Of a stretch of 64,000 bases of DNA, positions 21,988-31,647 are shown piece after piece. The position numbers were made by a program, and so were the translations under genes. Source of the stretch: an uncultured Gemmatimonadales bacterium (GTDB lineage Bacteria; Gemmatimonadota; Gemmatimonadetes; Gemmatimonadales; Gemmatimonadaceae); assembly GCA_963757855.1 (NCBI GenBank), contig CAVWTI010000037.1, forward strand, positions 13,688 through 77,687. The letters are read 5' to 3'. Every line of letters starts with the position of its first letter. The stretch's first letter is position 1. Below the pieces are notes generated by a model. That model worked only from the letters and a program-made list of their open reading frames with translations, was not told the origin of the DNA and ran no database searches.

Positions 21988-24507
21988 ATGACATCCCCGG
22001 CCGATGTAAGTCCGATCGGCTCCGGCGCGGCTGACTCGGTTCCTGCCGATGCGAGTGTGACCGACGCGCTGCGCGATGAATGGTTGTGGGGATGGGACCC
22101 CGTTCCCGGCATCGTCTCAGTGTATGCCTCCCAGGACGGGAGGGCGTCAGTGTGGCGCCGTCTGGCCGAGCCGGACACGCTAGTGCGGGAGGAAGAGCGA
22201 TTTCGCCCCTGGCTCCTGCTCGCACATCTCGGCGACCTTGCGCTTCTCGGGCCGCGACTCGCTGCCGACGGCGAGTCACGCCCGAGGAACGAGCCGCTGG
22301 TCCGGCACCGCCTGCTGTCCGGGCCCGGCGCGCTCCGCCACCTCGTCACCGCGCGGGACGGACGCGCGCTGATCGCCGCGGTCCTCGACGGCGCGTCGCG
22401 CCGCCTCGACACACCACTCCGTCACTTGAGCGAGCTGCAACGGATCGAGCCCGGCACAGTGCTCGCCCTCACGCCGGAAGAGCAGTATCTGGTCGCCACC
22501 GGTCGCACCTATTTCCAACACCTGGCGTTCGATCAGGTCCATTGCCTGCAGTTCGACCTGGAGACGACCGGGCTCGATCCGAGGCGGGACCGGATTTTCA
22601 TGATCTCGATCCGCTACCACACCGGCCAGACGGAAGTCCTCGAGGCCCGGGACGAGAGCGACGCGGCCGAAGCGGACCTCATGCTGACGCTGGTGTCGCG
22701 CGTGTGCAATGCGGACCCCGATGTGATCGAGAACCACAACTTGCACGGCTTCGACCTCCCGTTCCTCGACCGGCGCTCTCGCGTGCTCGGCGTCCCGATC
22801 TCGCTGGGCCGGGCCGGCGGAGCCGGTCTGCGGGTGCGCGCGGCGCGCCAGGGTATAGCCGAAACCGACGTCCCGGGCCGGGGCGAACGCGGCCCGCGCC
22901 ATTGCCGCGTGCGCTTCGTCGCGCCGGGCCGCGAGTTGATCGATACGCTCGATGCCGTGCGGCGCTACGATTTCTCGACGCGTGAGCTTCCGGGACACGG
23001 GCTCAAGGCCGTCGCCCGCCATCTGGGTATCGCGCGCGCCGGCCGCGTGTACATCCCCGGCAGCGAGATCTACGCCACCTATCGCGCCGATCCGGAGCGC
23101 GTCCGCCTCTACGCGACTGACGACGTCGAGGAGGTGGCCGCGCTGTCGCGCATGCTCGGTGGCGCGGCGTACGCGCTGGCCCGCATGGTCCCGCGGCGAT
23201 ACGAGCGGCTCGCCGACGCTGGCGCCGCGACTGGCGTCATCGACCCGCTCCTCGTACGCGCCTATCTGCGCGCTGGCGCAGCGCTGCCCGCACACGAGCA
23301 CAGCGACGGCACGCCGCACAGTGGGGCGGCCCTGCATTTGTTTGCATCCGGCGCGGCGCACCGGGTCGTCAAGGCGGACGTCGCGAGTCTGTACCCGTCG
23401 CTAATGCGGGCCTATCGCATTGGGCCGTCGCGGGACCGGCTCGGGGTGCTGCTGTCACTGGTGGACCGCCTCGTCGAGCGCCGGCTGCTCGCCAAGGCCA
23501 ACGCCCGGGCGGCCGCACCCGGATCGGCCGAGCGCCACACGGAAGAGGCGACGTCAGCGGCGCTCAAGATCGTGGTGAATTCCGCGTACGGCTATCTCGC
23601 CGCCCCCGGGCTGACCCGATTCGCCGATGTGCACGCCGCCAACGAGGTGACGCGCCGCGGGCGCGAGGTGCTGGCGCTCATGTGCCGCGAGCTCGCGGCA
23701 CGTGGTGTCACCCTGATTGAGGCGGATACCGATGGCGTCTACTTCGCGGTGCCCCCGTCGTGGACGGAGGTGGACGAGCGGCGCGTCGTCGCCGAGGTCG
23801 CTACGCTGCTCCCCGCCCTCGTCCAACTGGAGTTCGAGGGCCGCTATTCCGCCATGCTGTCGCACGAGCCGAAGAACTATGCGCTCCTCGGCTACGACAA
23901 CACGCTGCTGCTTCGCGGCGTCGCCTTCCGCTCGAGTCGCGCCGAGCCATTCGGCGAGGCGTTTCTGCGGCGCGCGATCCGGCGCGCCCTGGCTGATGAC
24001 ACGAGCGGTGTCCGCGACACCTATCTCGCGACCATTGGTGCACTGCGCACCCGCGCCGTACCGACGCACGATGTCTCGTCGCTGGTGCGGCTGACGAAGT
24101 CGCCGGACACCTATCAGACCACGAGAGCCACGCGCCGGGAGCTCCCCTACGAGGCGCTACTCGCCGCGGGGCGCACCTGGTGGGAGCCTGGCGACCGAAT
24201 CCGCGTGTATCGCAAACGCAACGGCGAGGCCGGACTCGCCACCGGTGTGACGTCGCCGGGAGACGACATCGGCGCGGCCGCAGATCCCCGGGACTACGAC
24301 GCGGAGTTCTATGTGAGGCTCCTGCGGACGACCTATGCCGAGCGCCTCGGGCGCGCCTATCGCCCCGATGACTTCGCGACGTTGTTCGCGGACGCGGATC
24401 AGTATCCGCTGTTCACGCAGCCGCTGGAGACGATTCACACGGTGTTGGCGACATCCGGCGCATTGCTCACAAACTGGGACGAGTGGGGAGGCGACTCCTC
24501 CGGCTGA
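21988..24507 (+). CDS. polB: family-B DNA polymerase with 3'-5' exonuclease domain and a ~190-aa N-terminal extension
   Basis: Exo I FDLETTGLD, Exo II ENHNLHGFDLPFL, Exo III YATDDVEEV. Pol motif A KADVASLYPS, motif B KIVVNSAYGY, motif C IEADTDGVY. Intact 839-aa frame. Confidence 0.88.
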   Translation: MTSPADVSPIGSGAADSVPADASVTDALRDEWLWGWDPVPGIVSVYASQDGRASVWRRLAEPDTLVREEERFRPWLLLAHLGDLALLGPRLAADGESRPRNEPLVRHRLLSGPGALRHLVTARDGRALIAAVLDGASRRLDTPLRHLSELQRIEPGTVLALTPEEQYLVATGRTYFQHLAFDQVHCLQFDLETTGLDPRRDRIFMISIRYHTGQTEVLEARDESDAAEADLMLTLVSRVCNADPDVIENHNLHGFDLPFLDRRSRVLGVPISLGRAGGAGLRVRAARQGIAETDVPGRGERGPRHCRVRFVAPGRELIDTLDAVRRYDFSTRELPGHGLKAVARHLGIARAGRVYIPGSEIYATYRADPERVRLYATDDVEEVAALSRMLGGAAYALARMVPRRYERLADAGAATGVIDPLLVRAYLRAGAALPAHEHSDGTPHSGAALHLFASGAAHRVVKADVASLYPSLMRAYRIGPSRDRLGVLLSLVDRLVERRLLAKANARAAAPGSAERHTEEATSAALKIVVNSAYGYLAAPGLTRFADVHAANEVTRRGREVLALMCRELAARGVTLIEADTDGVYFAVPPSWTEVDERRVVAEVATLLPALVQLEFEGRYSAMLSHEPKNYALLGYDNTLLLRGVAFRSSRAEPFGEAFLRRAIRRALADDTSGVRDTYLATIGALRTRAVPTHDVSSLVRLTKSPDTYQTTRATRRELPYEALLAAGRTWWEPGDRIRVYRKRNGEAGLATGVTSPGDDIGAAADPRDYDAEFYVRLLRTTYAERLGRAYRPDDFATLFADADQYPLFTQPLETIHTVLATSGALLTNWDEWGGDSSG

Positions 24508-24615
24508 TGACCGGATCGCCAGGCGGGTTCGCACGTGCTGGCGACGCGTGCGCGCACTCTCTAGCTTCGCCTGAATGGCATCGCGCATCGAAGCGAGCGT
24601 CTCCACGAGACCCAC

Positions 24616-25626
24616 ATGACCGGCGTTCGGCTCACCTCTAGCGCCGCGGAATACGCCGAAGGCCGCGCGCGGCTGGCGGCTGTGCCGTCCATCCCGTTGC
24701 TGGACGGGCCCACTCCGGTGCAAGAGATGCCGCGGCTCCGGGCCGCGCTTGGCGGCGGTCCCAGACTCATCGTGAAGCGCGACGATGCGATCCCATTCGG
24801 TTTCGGCGGCAACAAAGTCCGAAAACTGGAGCTGGCAGGCGCCGAAGCCGTCGCGGCGGGCGCCAGCACGCTCGTCACAGTTGGTGGCATCCAGTCGAAT
24901 CATGCGCGTGCGACCGCGGCGACGGCCACGCGCCTCGGGCTCCGCTGCCTGATCCTCGCCAATGGCCAGCGCCCCGCGAAGCTGACGGGCAACGCCCTCC
25001 TCAACGATCTCCTTGGCGCCGACATCGAGTACATTGCTTCCCGGGACGAGCGCGAGCCGGCGATGCAGGCGGCCATGGAGCGTCTCCGGCGCGCCGGGCA
25101 ATCCCCCTTCGCGATTCCGATCGGGACATCCACGCCGCGGGGCGCGCTGGGGTTCGCACGCGCAATCGGCGAGATCGTGGCCCAAGGAACGGTCCCCGAC
25201 GTGATCGTGCATGCGTCGTCATCGGGCGGTACCCAGGCCGGTTTGGTCGCGGGATGCACGCTCTACGGTCTCCCGACCCGCGTGATAGGCGTCAGCCCGG
25301 ACGATCCCGGGGCGTCGATCGCGGCGAAGGTCCGAACGATCGTTGCCGGATCGGGCGGGCTGCTCGGCCTCGACGGAGATGCATTCGCGGCAGCGCGCCC
25401 GATCGTCGTCGACGACCAGTTCATTGGTGACGGGTACGGCATCGCGAGTCCGGCGTCCATTGAGGCCCAGCGGCTGGCGGCGCGGACCGAGGCGCTGTTC
25501 GTGGATCACGCGTACACGGCCAAGGCGCTGGCGGCGATGCTCGCGTGGGTGCGGGCCGGCCGGTTCCGGGACACCGAAACGGTGTTGTTCTGGCACACGG
25601 GCGGCCAGGCCGGCCTCCTCGCGTAG
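24616..25626 (+). CDS. PLP-dependent D-cysteine desulfhydrase / ACC deaminase family protein
   Basis: KRDDAIPFGFGGNKVRKLELAGAEAVAAGASTLVTVGGIQSNHARATAA (Lys of GGNKxRKLE is the PLP lysine). 336 aa, intact. Confidence 0.8.
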   Translation: MTGVRLTSSAAEYAEGRARLAAVPSIPLLDGPTPVQEMPRLRAALGGGPRLIVKRDDAIPFGFGGNKVRKLELAGAEAVAAGASTLVTVGGIQSNHARATAATATRLGLRCLILANGQRPAKLTGNALLNDLLGADIEYIASRDEREPAMQAAMERLRRAGQSPFAIPIGTSTPRGALGFARAIGEIVAQGTVPDVIVHASSSGGTQAGLVAGCTLYGLPTRVIGVSPDDPGASIAAKVRTIVAGSGGLLGLDGDAFAAARPIVVDDQFIGDGYGIASPASIEAQRLAARTEALFVDHAYTAKALAAMLAWVRAGRFRDTETVLFWHTGGQAGLLA

Positions 25627-25631
25627 CAGTG

Positions 25632-27002
25632 ATGCCTCGGGAGAACCGCGTGGCGCTGCCGCGTCGCCTGACATTCGCCGGTGCGCTCGCGGTCGTGATC
25701 GGCTCGACGATCGGCTCGGGCATTTTTCGGTCACCCGCCGCGATCGCGCAGCGCGTTCCGACGCCGGGCGCACTCATGGGTGTCTGGGTCGGTGGCGGAC
25801 TGCTCGCGCTGTGCGGCGCGCTGACGTTGGCCGAGATTACGACGGCGCTCCCCCGGACCGGCGGGATCTACGTGATCGTCCGCGAGGGGTGGGGGCGGCT
25901 CCCGGCCTTTCTCTTCGGATGGGCCGAAGTGGTGATCATCCGAGCCGCGGCCCTCGGTGCGGTGGCGACGACATTCGCCGAGTACACGCTCCGCACGCTC
26001 GGGTATGACCCGCGTATGCCGCCCCACGACAGCACGGTGCACTACGTCGCGGCCGTCGCGATCGTCCTGCTCGCCATCCTCAACATCACTGGCGTGCGAT
26101 TGAGCGCCCTGCTGCTGGAAGTGTCGGCCGTGGTCAAGGCGGGTGCGCTCCTGCTGATCGCGATCGGTGCGGTCTGGCTGGCCCCGGCTCTGACGCATGC
26201 GCAGCAGGTGGCACCCGCCGCATCGGCGTCGATCGGTCCGAGTGCCATTGGTCTGGCGCTGGTTGCAGTCCTGTGGGCGTACGACGGATGGGCAGATTTG
26301 AGCTTTGTCGCCGGCGAGGTAGTGAGTCCGGACCGCACGTTGCCTCGCGCGCTGATCGGCGGCACGCTGGCCGTCCTCGGCATCGACTGTGCCGCCAATC
26401 TCGCGTACCTCAAAGTCCTGCCGATCAGCCAGATTGCATCGTCCAAACTCGTGGCGGCGGATGTCGCCGACCGGCTGGTCGGCCACTGGGGCGTGGCGGT
26501 CGTCGGGATCGCGGTCGTGATCGCCACCCTGAGCACGCTCAACGGCTCGCTGCTCACCTGCCCGCGGATCTTCTTCGCGATGGCGGACGACGGGCTGCTG
26601 TTTCGCCCGGTGGCAGCGGTGCACCCCCGATATCAGACGCCATACGTCGCGATCGCGATGGCGGCGGCACTGGGTGTCGCCTTCGTGCTCGCCCGTACTT
26701 TCGAGCAACTGGCCGACACCTTCATTCTCGCCATTGTGCCGTTCTATGCCCTCGCGGTGGCGGCCGTGTTCCCGCTGCGCCGGCGCTCGGCGTATCGCCC
26801 GTCGTTCCGCGTCCCGGGATTCCCGGTGGTGCCCGTGGTCTTCGTACTCACCGCGGCCGGCGTCGTGGGGAGTGCCATTGTAGATCCCGTGAGTCGCTGG
26901 CCCACGATCGCGGTGATCGCCGTCATTCTGGCCGGAATCCCGGTCTACTACTACGTGCGCGGCAACGCCGGCCCGGGGGTGGTGGAGGAGGCCCGAGGGT
27001 GA
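25632..27002 (+). CDS. APC-superfamily amino-acid permease
   Basis: MPRENRVALPRRLTFAGALAVVIGSTIGSGIFRSPAAIA plus about 12 hydrophobic segments. The ATG at 25632 is 6 nt after the previous stop. Confidence 0.8.
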   Translation: MPRENRVALPRRLTFAGALAVVIGSTIGSGIFRSPAAIAQRVPTPGALMGVWVGGGLLALCGALTLAEITTALPRTGGIYVIVREGWGRLPAFLFGWAEVVIIRAAALGAVATTFAEYTLRTLGYDPRMPPHDSTVHYVAAVAIVLLAILNITGVRLSALLLEVSAVVKAGALLLIAIGAVWLAPALTHAQQVAPAASASIGPSAIGLALVAVLWAYDGWADLSFVAGEVVSPDRTLPRALIGGTLAVLGIDCAANLAYLKVLPISQIASSKLVAADVADRLVGHWGVAVVGIAVVIATLSTLNGSLLTCPRIFFAMADDGLLFRPVAAVHPRYQTPYVAIAMAAALGVAFVLARTFEQLADTFILAIVPFYALAVAAVFPLRRRSAYRPSFRVPGFPVVPVVFVLTAAGVVGSAIVDPVSRWPTIAVIAVILAGIPVYYYVRGNAGPGVVEEARG

Positions 27003-29122
27003 GGGGTGGGCGTACCTGGCTGCCGCGATCGGCGAGCGTGCTATGGCTCGCGGCCGCCGTGCATGGCGGCCGCAGTGCCGGCCCCGCCGGGGTCTGTGCC
27101 GCGAGTGTCAACTATTGCGCCGAGCTGGTGCCGACGCCGAAGTACTATCGGGCGTCCGCGGTGCTGGAGTTGGAGCCCGTCCCGTCTCCGTTCGATGTCG
27201 CGGTGACGCGAGATGGGAAACCCCGATATGAAGTGGTGGTCTCGATCGCGGGGCTCGCGCGCGCGCCGGATGGCGGGCATGGATCGCCGGCGTATGTCGC
27301 CTGGATGACGACGATCGGACTCGACAGCACCATCAGGCTTGGGACGGTCCACGACGGGCGGACCGTGCTCGGCGAGACCACCCGTGATCAATTTCGTATT
27401 CTGATCACGGCCGAGTCGTCGGCGGACATTGCCGTTCGCTCCGGCCCGCTCGTGTTTCGCGGGACGTCACCGGACAGCCGGATGCTGGCGCACCGCGATG
27501 CCGTGTCGCCCTTTCTGGCGGCGACGATGATGTCACCAGCGATGGCGATGGGGACGCCGATGCCGGGTATGACGTCCGGTGCGATCCCGGACATGGAGCC
27601 CGATGTCGCGCCGTTCCTCCCCGCCCCGGGTGATGCGCCACTGGCCCCGGCGCGTCCGCGTGAAGTTGTCCGGCTGCATTCGGGCGACACACTCTCGCTG
27701 ACCGCGCTGCGGGTCCGTCGCACGGTTGCCGGGCGAACGTTCACCGCCTACGCATACAACGGGCAGATACCGGGACCGCTGATCGACGTGACGCAGGGTG
27801 CCACGATCGTCGTGCAATTCCACAATGCGACGGACCTGCCCTCGGCGGTCCATTGGCACGGCATCCGCCTGGACAGCGCGTCGGACGGTGCGGTCGGGAT
27901 CTCGCAGCCTGCCGTCGCGCCGGGGGATTCATTCACGTACCGGGTGCGATTCCGCGACGCCGGGATCTATTGGTACCATTCGCACGAGCGTGAGGACATT
28001 CAGCAGCCACTGGGCTTGTACGGCAACATCATCGTGCGTCCCGCCTCCGCGCCGCCCCCGCCCGTCAATGCCGAGCGCGTGCTGGCCGTGGGCGACATGC
28101 TGCTGGCTGATAGCGCGCCGGTCCCGTTCGGGGCGACCGGGCCGACCCACGTGATGATGGGCCGGTTCGGGAATGTGATGCTTGTGAACGGAGCGGCCGG
28201 ATATCAGGACACCGTGCGGCGCGGCGCCGTCGTCCGGTATTACCTCACCAACGTGTCGAGCGCACGCGTGTTCAACCTCGCGTTCGGTGACAGGCCGGTG
28301 AAAGTGGTGGCGGCGGGAGTGGGGCCGTTTGTCCGCGAGGTGTGGGCCAAGAGCGTGGTGATCGCTCCGGCGGAGCGGTATGTCGTGGACGTCCGGTTTC
28401 CCGATTCGGGGATGGTGACGGTGACGAATCGCGTGCAGGCCCTCGACCATTTGACCGGTGGGGTACGCGCCGAAGTCGATACGGTGGGAGTGGTCAACGT
28501 CGTGCCGCGGCTGGAGTCGCCAGATTATGCCGGCGCCTACACCGTGCTCGCGCGCGACGATGCGAGTGCGGCAGTCATCGCGCGGTATCGTGCGCAGTTC
28601 ACGAGGCCCGCCGACCGGATCCTCACGCTGGCGATGCGGGTGACGCATTTGCCGCCCAGCATGAGTTCCATGCTCGGCGGTCCCTCGGTCCCGGTCGAAT
28701 GGAACGATGGCATGGGAGCCATGAACCGCACGGCGACATCCGACGACGTCACGTGGGTGCTCCGGGACTCGGCCACTGGCAAGGAGAACATGGACATCGC
28801 ATGGCGGTTCCAGGAGGGCGATGTCGTGAAGGTCCGGATCTACAACGACCCAGTTGGCCCGCACGCGATGGACCACCCGATCCACTTGCATGGGCAACGG
28901 ATGCTGGTGCTGTCGCGCAATGGGATCCCGAATCCGTATCTCGCGTGGAAGGACACCGCGCTGATTCCGGCGGGCCAGGTCACCGACCTGCTGCTGGACC
29001 TGTCGAATCCCGGAACGTGGATGCTGCACTGTCATATCGCCGAGCACAGAGGCGCGCAAATGATGATGGTTCTGTCGGTTAAACCCCGGAGGAGGTCGCG
29101 TGAGATTCGTGCAGCGTCATAG
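26999..29122 (+). CDS. multicopper oxidase with ~230-aa N-terminal extension containing a Met-rich segment
   Basis: HWHGIRL, WYHSHE, HPIHLHG and HCHIAEH (copper ligand boxes). Met-rich stretch MMSPAMAMGTPMPGMTSGAIPDMEP. The GTG at 26999 overlaps the permease stop (gtga). The start is uncertain. Confidence 0.8.
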   Translation: MRGGRTWLPRSASVLWLAAAVHGGRSAGPAGVCAASVNYCAELVPTPKYYRASAVLELEPVPSPFDVAVTRDGKPRYEVVVSIAGLARAPDGGHGSPAYVAWMTTIGLDSTIRLGTVHDGRTVLGETTRDQFRILITAESSADIAVRSGPLVFRGTSPDSRMLAHRDAVSPFLAATMMSPAMAMGTPMPGMTSGAIPDMEPDVAPFLPAPGDAPLAPARPREVVRLHSGDTLSLTALRVRRTVAGRTFTAYAYNGQIPGPLIDVTQGATIVVQFHNATDLPSAVHWHGIRLDSASDGAVGISQPAVAPGDSFTYRVRFRDAGIYWYHSHEREDIQQPLGLYGNIIVRPASAPPPPVNAERVLAVGDMLLADSAPVPFGATGPTHVMMGRFGNVMLVNGAAGYQDTVRRGAVVRYYLTNVSSARVFNLAFGDRPVKVVAAGVGPFVREVWAKSVVIAPAERYVVDVRFPDSGMVTVTNRVQALDHLTGGVRAEVDTVGVVNVVPRLESPDYAGAYTVLARDDASAAVIARYRAQFTRPADRILTLAMRVTHLPPSMSSMLGGPSVPVEWNDGMGAMNRTATSDDVTWVLRDSATGKENMDIAWRFQEGDVVKVRIYNDPVGPHAMDHPIHLHGQRMLVLSRNGIPNPYLAWKDTALIPAGQVTDLLLDLSNPGTWMLHCHIAEHRGAQMMMVLSVKPRRRSREIRAAS

Positions 29123-30559
29123 CCATCGGGTGGCGGTGATGTTCGCCATCGCCCTGGTCATCGCGGGCGTCGTGGGTGGGCCCGCAGTGGGAAGTGCCCA
29201 GGCGCCTGCTCCGCCACCGCACGCGCGCTCGCCGTTCGTATCCATCGATACGGCGGTGGTCGCGCTCCAGCACGTTACGGTGATCAATGGCACGGGGGCG
29301 CCCGCGCCAGCGATGAGACCGTGGTGATCGAGCACGGCCAGATCACGGCGGTCGGTCCGAGTGCGACAGTCAAAGTCCCGGCTGGGGCACGGATCCTCGA
29401 TCTGCCGGGGCATACGGTGATCCCGGGTATCGTCGGCATTCACGACCATATGTACTACGGGTCGTCGGTCGCGGGGACGCGTTCGATGCTCACGAGTTAT
29501 CCGCGTCTATTCCTGGCATCGGGCGTGACGACCATCCGTACGACCGGCAGCCTGGATCCCTATCAGGAGATGAACGTGCGGGCCGCCATCGAACGAGGGA
29601 CGGCGGTCGGTCCGGACATCGTCGTGTCCGGTCCATATGTGCAGGGCCGCAACAGCAGCGTGAGCTGGATGCACGAGCTGAGCAGCCCAGAGGACGCGCG
29701 GCGCTTGGTGCGGTATTGGTCCGAGGAAGGCGTGCCGTGGTTCAAGGCGTATACACAGATCACGCGTGACGAGCTGCGCGCGGCGATCGATGAGGCGCAC
29801 CGCCACGGCATGAAAGTGACCGCGCACCTATGCTCAGTCGGATTTCGCGAGGCCGTCGACATGGGCATCGACAACCTCGAGCACGGATTGCTGACCGATA
29901 CCGAGTTCTGGCCCGGGAAGCAGCCCGACGTCTGTCCGGTGGCGAGCGACTCGGCGCAGTACGACAACCTCGATATCAACGGCGCGGATGTCCGGCGGAC
30001 CATCGACGACATGGTGTCGCATCATGTTGCAATGACGTCGACACTGGCGGTGTTCGAGCTGTATTCTCCGAGCCGGATCCCGCTCGACCCGCGGCTCTAC
30101 GAGGCGCTTGCGCCTGGCGCGGCGACGGCCGTGCGTGCGTGGTATGATACCGCGCAGCACAAGAACGATACGGCGGAGCGCGTGGCACTCGGCAAAGCGA
30201 TGGCCTTCGAGCGTGCGTTCGTCAAGGCGGGCGGGTTGCTCGGGGCGGGGTCCGATCCGTGCTGCCTGTCGGAGATTGCTGGCTACGGCGACCAGCGGAA
30301 CTTCGAGCTGCTCAATGAAGCGGGGTTTACGCCGGAGCAGGCGGTGCAGATCATGACGTCGAATGGTGCCAAGGTGCTGGGGATCAGCGACCGCGTCGGC
30401 ACGGTCGCGGTCGGCAAGCAGGCCGATCTCGTGGTCGTCGAGGGGGACGTGGTGAGTCACCCGTCCATTCGCAATGTGACGACGGTGTTTCGGCGCGGAG
30501 TCGGGTATGACGTCGCCGCACTGACGGCATCGATCCGCGGCCTGGTGGGACTCAAATAG
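29100..30559 (+). CDS. amidohydrolase-family (metal-dependent) hydrolase with signal peptide, one frameshift
   Basis: VRFVQRHSHRVAVMFAIALVIAGVVGGPAVGSAQA...LQHVTVINGTGAPAP, then (switch at about 29300-29312) SDETVVIEHGQITAVG...LPGHTVIPGIVGIHDHMYY...KVTAHL...GSDP. Confidence 0.75.
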
Positions 30560-30593
30560 AGCGCGCTATTCCACCGCGCCGGTGAGAGTGCGA

Positions 30594-31145
30594 ATGACTG
30601 GTCCGCTGCCGGACGAGATTGACGTGCTGCGTGATGTCTCGGGCCGTCTGGATGGCGCCGGTATACCGTTCATGCTGACTGGATCGTTAGCCATGAACTA
30701 CTATGCGACGCCGCGCATGACGCGAGACATCAATGTCGTGGCGGAGCTCGAACAGCCTAATGTCTCTCGAATCGTCCGCTTATTCGAGGGCGATTACTAC
30801 GTTTCGCCGGCGGCGGTTGCAGACGCCGTGCGGGACCGCTCGTCGTTTAACCTCATTGAGCAGACGCGCGTGATGAAGGTCGACATTTTTCCTCGAAAGC
30901 GCGATCCGTTTCGGGAATCCGAGTTTGCACGCCGCCGCGCGGTGACCATCTCCGGTTTTCCCACCTGGCTGGTCACTGTTGAGGACCTCGTGTTGGCTAA
31001 ACTGCTCTGGGCGCGGGGGTCGCATTCGGCCGTGCAAATGCGGGACGTGCGTGCTCTCGTCCACGGAGCGATCGACCGGGATTACATTGCGAAATGGGTA
31101 CGGACGCTCGGACTCAGGGACCTTTGGGCGGAACTGGATCAATGA
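30594..31145 (+). CDS. nucleotidyltransferase-fold protein (G-S-x13-D-I-N instead of D-x-D)
   Basis: GIPFMLTGSLAMNYYATPRMTRDINVVAEL matches the minimal-NTase hG[GS]...Dh[DE] pattern, but with Asn at the second acidic position. 183 aa, intact. Confidence 0.5.
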   Translation: MTGPLPDEIDVLRDVSGRLDGAGIPFMLTGSLAMNYYATPRMTRDINVVAELEQPNVSRIVRLFEGDYYVSPAAVADAVRDRSSFNLIEQTRVMKVDIFPRKRDPFRESEFARRRAVTISGFPTWLVTVEDLVLAKLLWARGSHSAVQMRDVRALVHGAIDRDYIAKWVRTLGLRDLWAELDQ

Positions 31146-31375
31146 CTGACACAACCCGCGAGATGGCGGCCCGGTATGAGGAGTTGCTGTTCTCGTACTC
31201 GGCGGCGGACCGGTTTGAGATGGGCGCTCGCATGTTCGACAGCGCCCGGGCTATGGCCCTGGCGTCGTTCCCGCCTGACCTGCCAGCGGACGAGGTGCGT
31301 CGGCGTCTGTTTGCCCGATTCTACGGTGACGATATTCCCGCCCACCTCGTACCCGAAGCGCTGCGCCTTCGCTGA
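31142..31375 (+). CDS. 77-aa helical protein translationally coupled to the NTase-fold gene
   Basis: ATGA overlap (atg 31142, tga 31143-31145). MTDTTREMAARYEELLFSYSAADRFEMGARMFDSARAMALASFPPDLPADEVRRRLFARFYGDDIPAHLVPEALRLR. Confidence 0.5.
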   Translation: MTDTTREMAARYEELLFSYSAADRFEMGARMFDSARAMALASFPPDLPADEVRRRLFARFYGDDIPAHLVPEALRLR

Positions 31376-31647
31376 CGGCACCGCGAGATCGGAGCAACTG
31401 CCCGTCGCGAGGTTTTTGGAGGTTATGCCATGAGTAGTGGCGATCGCCTCACCGATTTCCAGGCCCAGCACGTTGCGACCGCTGACAACGCCGTTTTCGA
31501 GCTCCTGGCCAGGTTCCTCCTACCGTAGCCGGCTCCGGGTGGCCCGCTCGCCGCGAGTTTGCCGCGCGACCGCACCCTCGCCACCTCATATTGCTACGAC
31601 GCGCCATCTGTCTGATCACCGATGCGGGCCATCGCATGCAGATCTGA

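Noticed and set aside
19973-22279. 768-aa ORF spanning the intergenic repeat, the CoA-transferase and Ku
   Set aside because: The N-terminal 150 aa are low-complexity translation of the 12-bp repeat region. The CoA-transferase has its own stop in another frame, and Ku has its own ATG at 20830.
21888-22412. 174-aa minus-strand ORF containing ETRPETRPETRPEARP
   Set aside because: It is a translation of the 12-bp intergenic repeat array and is antisense to the polB 5' end.
26273-26998. N-terminal 240 aa of the 949-aa ORF 26273..29122
   Set aside because: This stretch overlaps the amino-acid permease in a different frame and reads as Arg/Gly/Pro junk. The oxidase most likely starts at about 26999.
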